Source of the DNA: Heptranchias perlo
Lineage: Eukaryota
Assembly (NCBI RefSeq): GCF_035084215.1
Contig: NC_090351.1
Location: 20,336,001 to 20,400,000, forward strand
Length of the DNA stretch: 64,000 bases
Direction: 5' to 3'
Within the stretch, counting starts at the first letter, position 1. Each line of letters opens with the position of its first letter. Under the pieces are notes generated by a model. The model did not search any database. It saw nothing but the letters and a program-made list of their open reading frames with translations, and was not told where the DNA came from. The position numbers and the translations under genes were made by a program. Below are positions 62,785-64,000 of the stretch, in pieces.

Positions 62785-63915
62785 TAACATAGGAACATGA
62801 GTAGAACATTCAGCCCCTCGAGCCTGCTTCGCCATTCAATTAGATCATGGCTGATCTGCCCCTCAACTCCGTTTATGAGCCTTTGCTCCATATCCCTTGA
62901 TATCCTTACCGAACAAAAATCTATCTATCTCAGCCTTGAGAGCTCCAGTTGTCCCAGCATCCACAGCCTTTTGGGGGAAGAGTTTTCCAGATTTCTACTG
63001 CACTTTGAGTGAAAAAGTGCTTCCTGATTTCCCTCCTAAACGATTCAGCTCTAATTTTAAGGTTATGCCCCCTTGTTCTTGATTCCCACACCAGAGAAAA
63101 TAATTTCTCTAGATCTACCCTATTGAATCCTTTTAACATTTTAAACACCTCGATCAGATCACCCCTCAATCTCCTATACTTAAGGGAATACAAAACAAGT
63201 TTATGCAACCTGTCTTCATAATTTAACCCTCTAACCCGGTATCATTCTGGTGAATCTGTGCTCCAAGGCCAATATATCTTCCTGAAGTGTGTTGCCCAAA
63301 ACTGAACGCAGTACTCCAGGTGGGGTCTGACCAAGACTCTGTACAACTGAAGCACAACTTCCTCCCCTTTGTGTTCCAGCCCTATAAGATAAAGGCTAAC
63401 ATTGCATTAGCCTTTTTGATTGCTTTTTGTACCTGTCTACCAGCTTTCCATGATTTGTTTACTTGGGCTCCCAAATCTCTTTGCTCCTCTACAGTTCCTA
63501 ATTCCTCACCATTTAGATTTATCATTCTTGGGTCCAAAGTAGGTGACCTCGCACTTGCCCACAATGAATGCATTTGCCAATGTTACCCACTCACTTAATT
63601 TGTCTATGACCCTTTGCAACCTCCTACTCCCATCTGTACTACTTACTGTCCCGCTTAACTTAGTGTATTCTGTAAACTTGGATATACAACTCTCTATTCT
63701 TTCATCCAAGTCATTAATAAATATGGTGAAAAGTTGAGGTGTCAGAACAGATCCCTGGGGGAAAAAAACTTGTCACATCCCGCCAAACAGAATACATACC
63801 CTTTACGTCCACTCTCGGTCTCCTACCTCCCAACCAATTTCCAACCCATGTCAAAAGGCTACCTTCAATTCAGTGCTCTTTCCTTTTAATAATCTCTTGT
63901 GTGGAACCTTATCAT
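62785..63915 (-). mobile_element. Decayed CR1 3' part
   Basis: Tail acataggaaca...cagcccctcgagcctgc. Minus-strand ORFs [32 protein letters not shown]. Confidence 0.85.
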
Positions 63916-64000
63916 TTATAATGTTTCTATTTGTCCAGGACTCACATCAAACATCAGCACATTGTTTCTGTATGATCATTCTTATGATTTAAACCAACAT

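Noticed and set aside
46000-64000. First coding ITPR exon (MSSFLHIGD...FISTLG)
   Set aside because: Not found; it likely lies beyond position 64000.

Overview
Eukaryotic vertebrate DNA, almost certainly from a cartilaginous fish (shark), judging by SacSINE1/DeuSINE-like SINEs, HER1-type CR1 LINEs with (TTCTTATG)n tails and shark-type Penelope and Harbinger repeats. The window lies inside two large introns of an inositol 1,4,5-trisphosphate receptor gene on the minus strand. The only host exon I found is the 71-bp second coding exon at 45924-45994 ([23 protein letters not shown], most like ITPR3). The rest is a layered record of transposable elements (CR1, L2, a second CR1-group LINE, RTE-BovB, Tx1, Penelope, PIF/Harbinger elements and MITEs, tRNA-derived SINEs) plus two purine-rich minisatellites with N-masked stretches. 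The most interesting structures are: (1) a Penelope end with an intact minimal hammerhead ribozyme, next to a fold-back insertion that starts almost at the ribozyme cleavage site; (2) three Tx1 copies stacked at one repeated 12-bp target; (3) a young CR1 with two tandem, covarying 3' recognition hairpins; (4) an intron-containing Myb/SANT-only Harbinger and a related MITE holding a ~3.6-kb minisatellite; (5) an unexplained ~240-330-nt rod-like palindrome; (6) ~0.9-kb inverted LINE copies bracketing the exon. Family names come from recognising sequence by eye, with no database search. Boundaries of old repeats are approximate.
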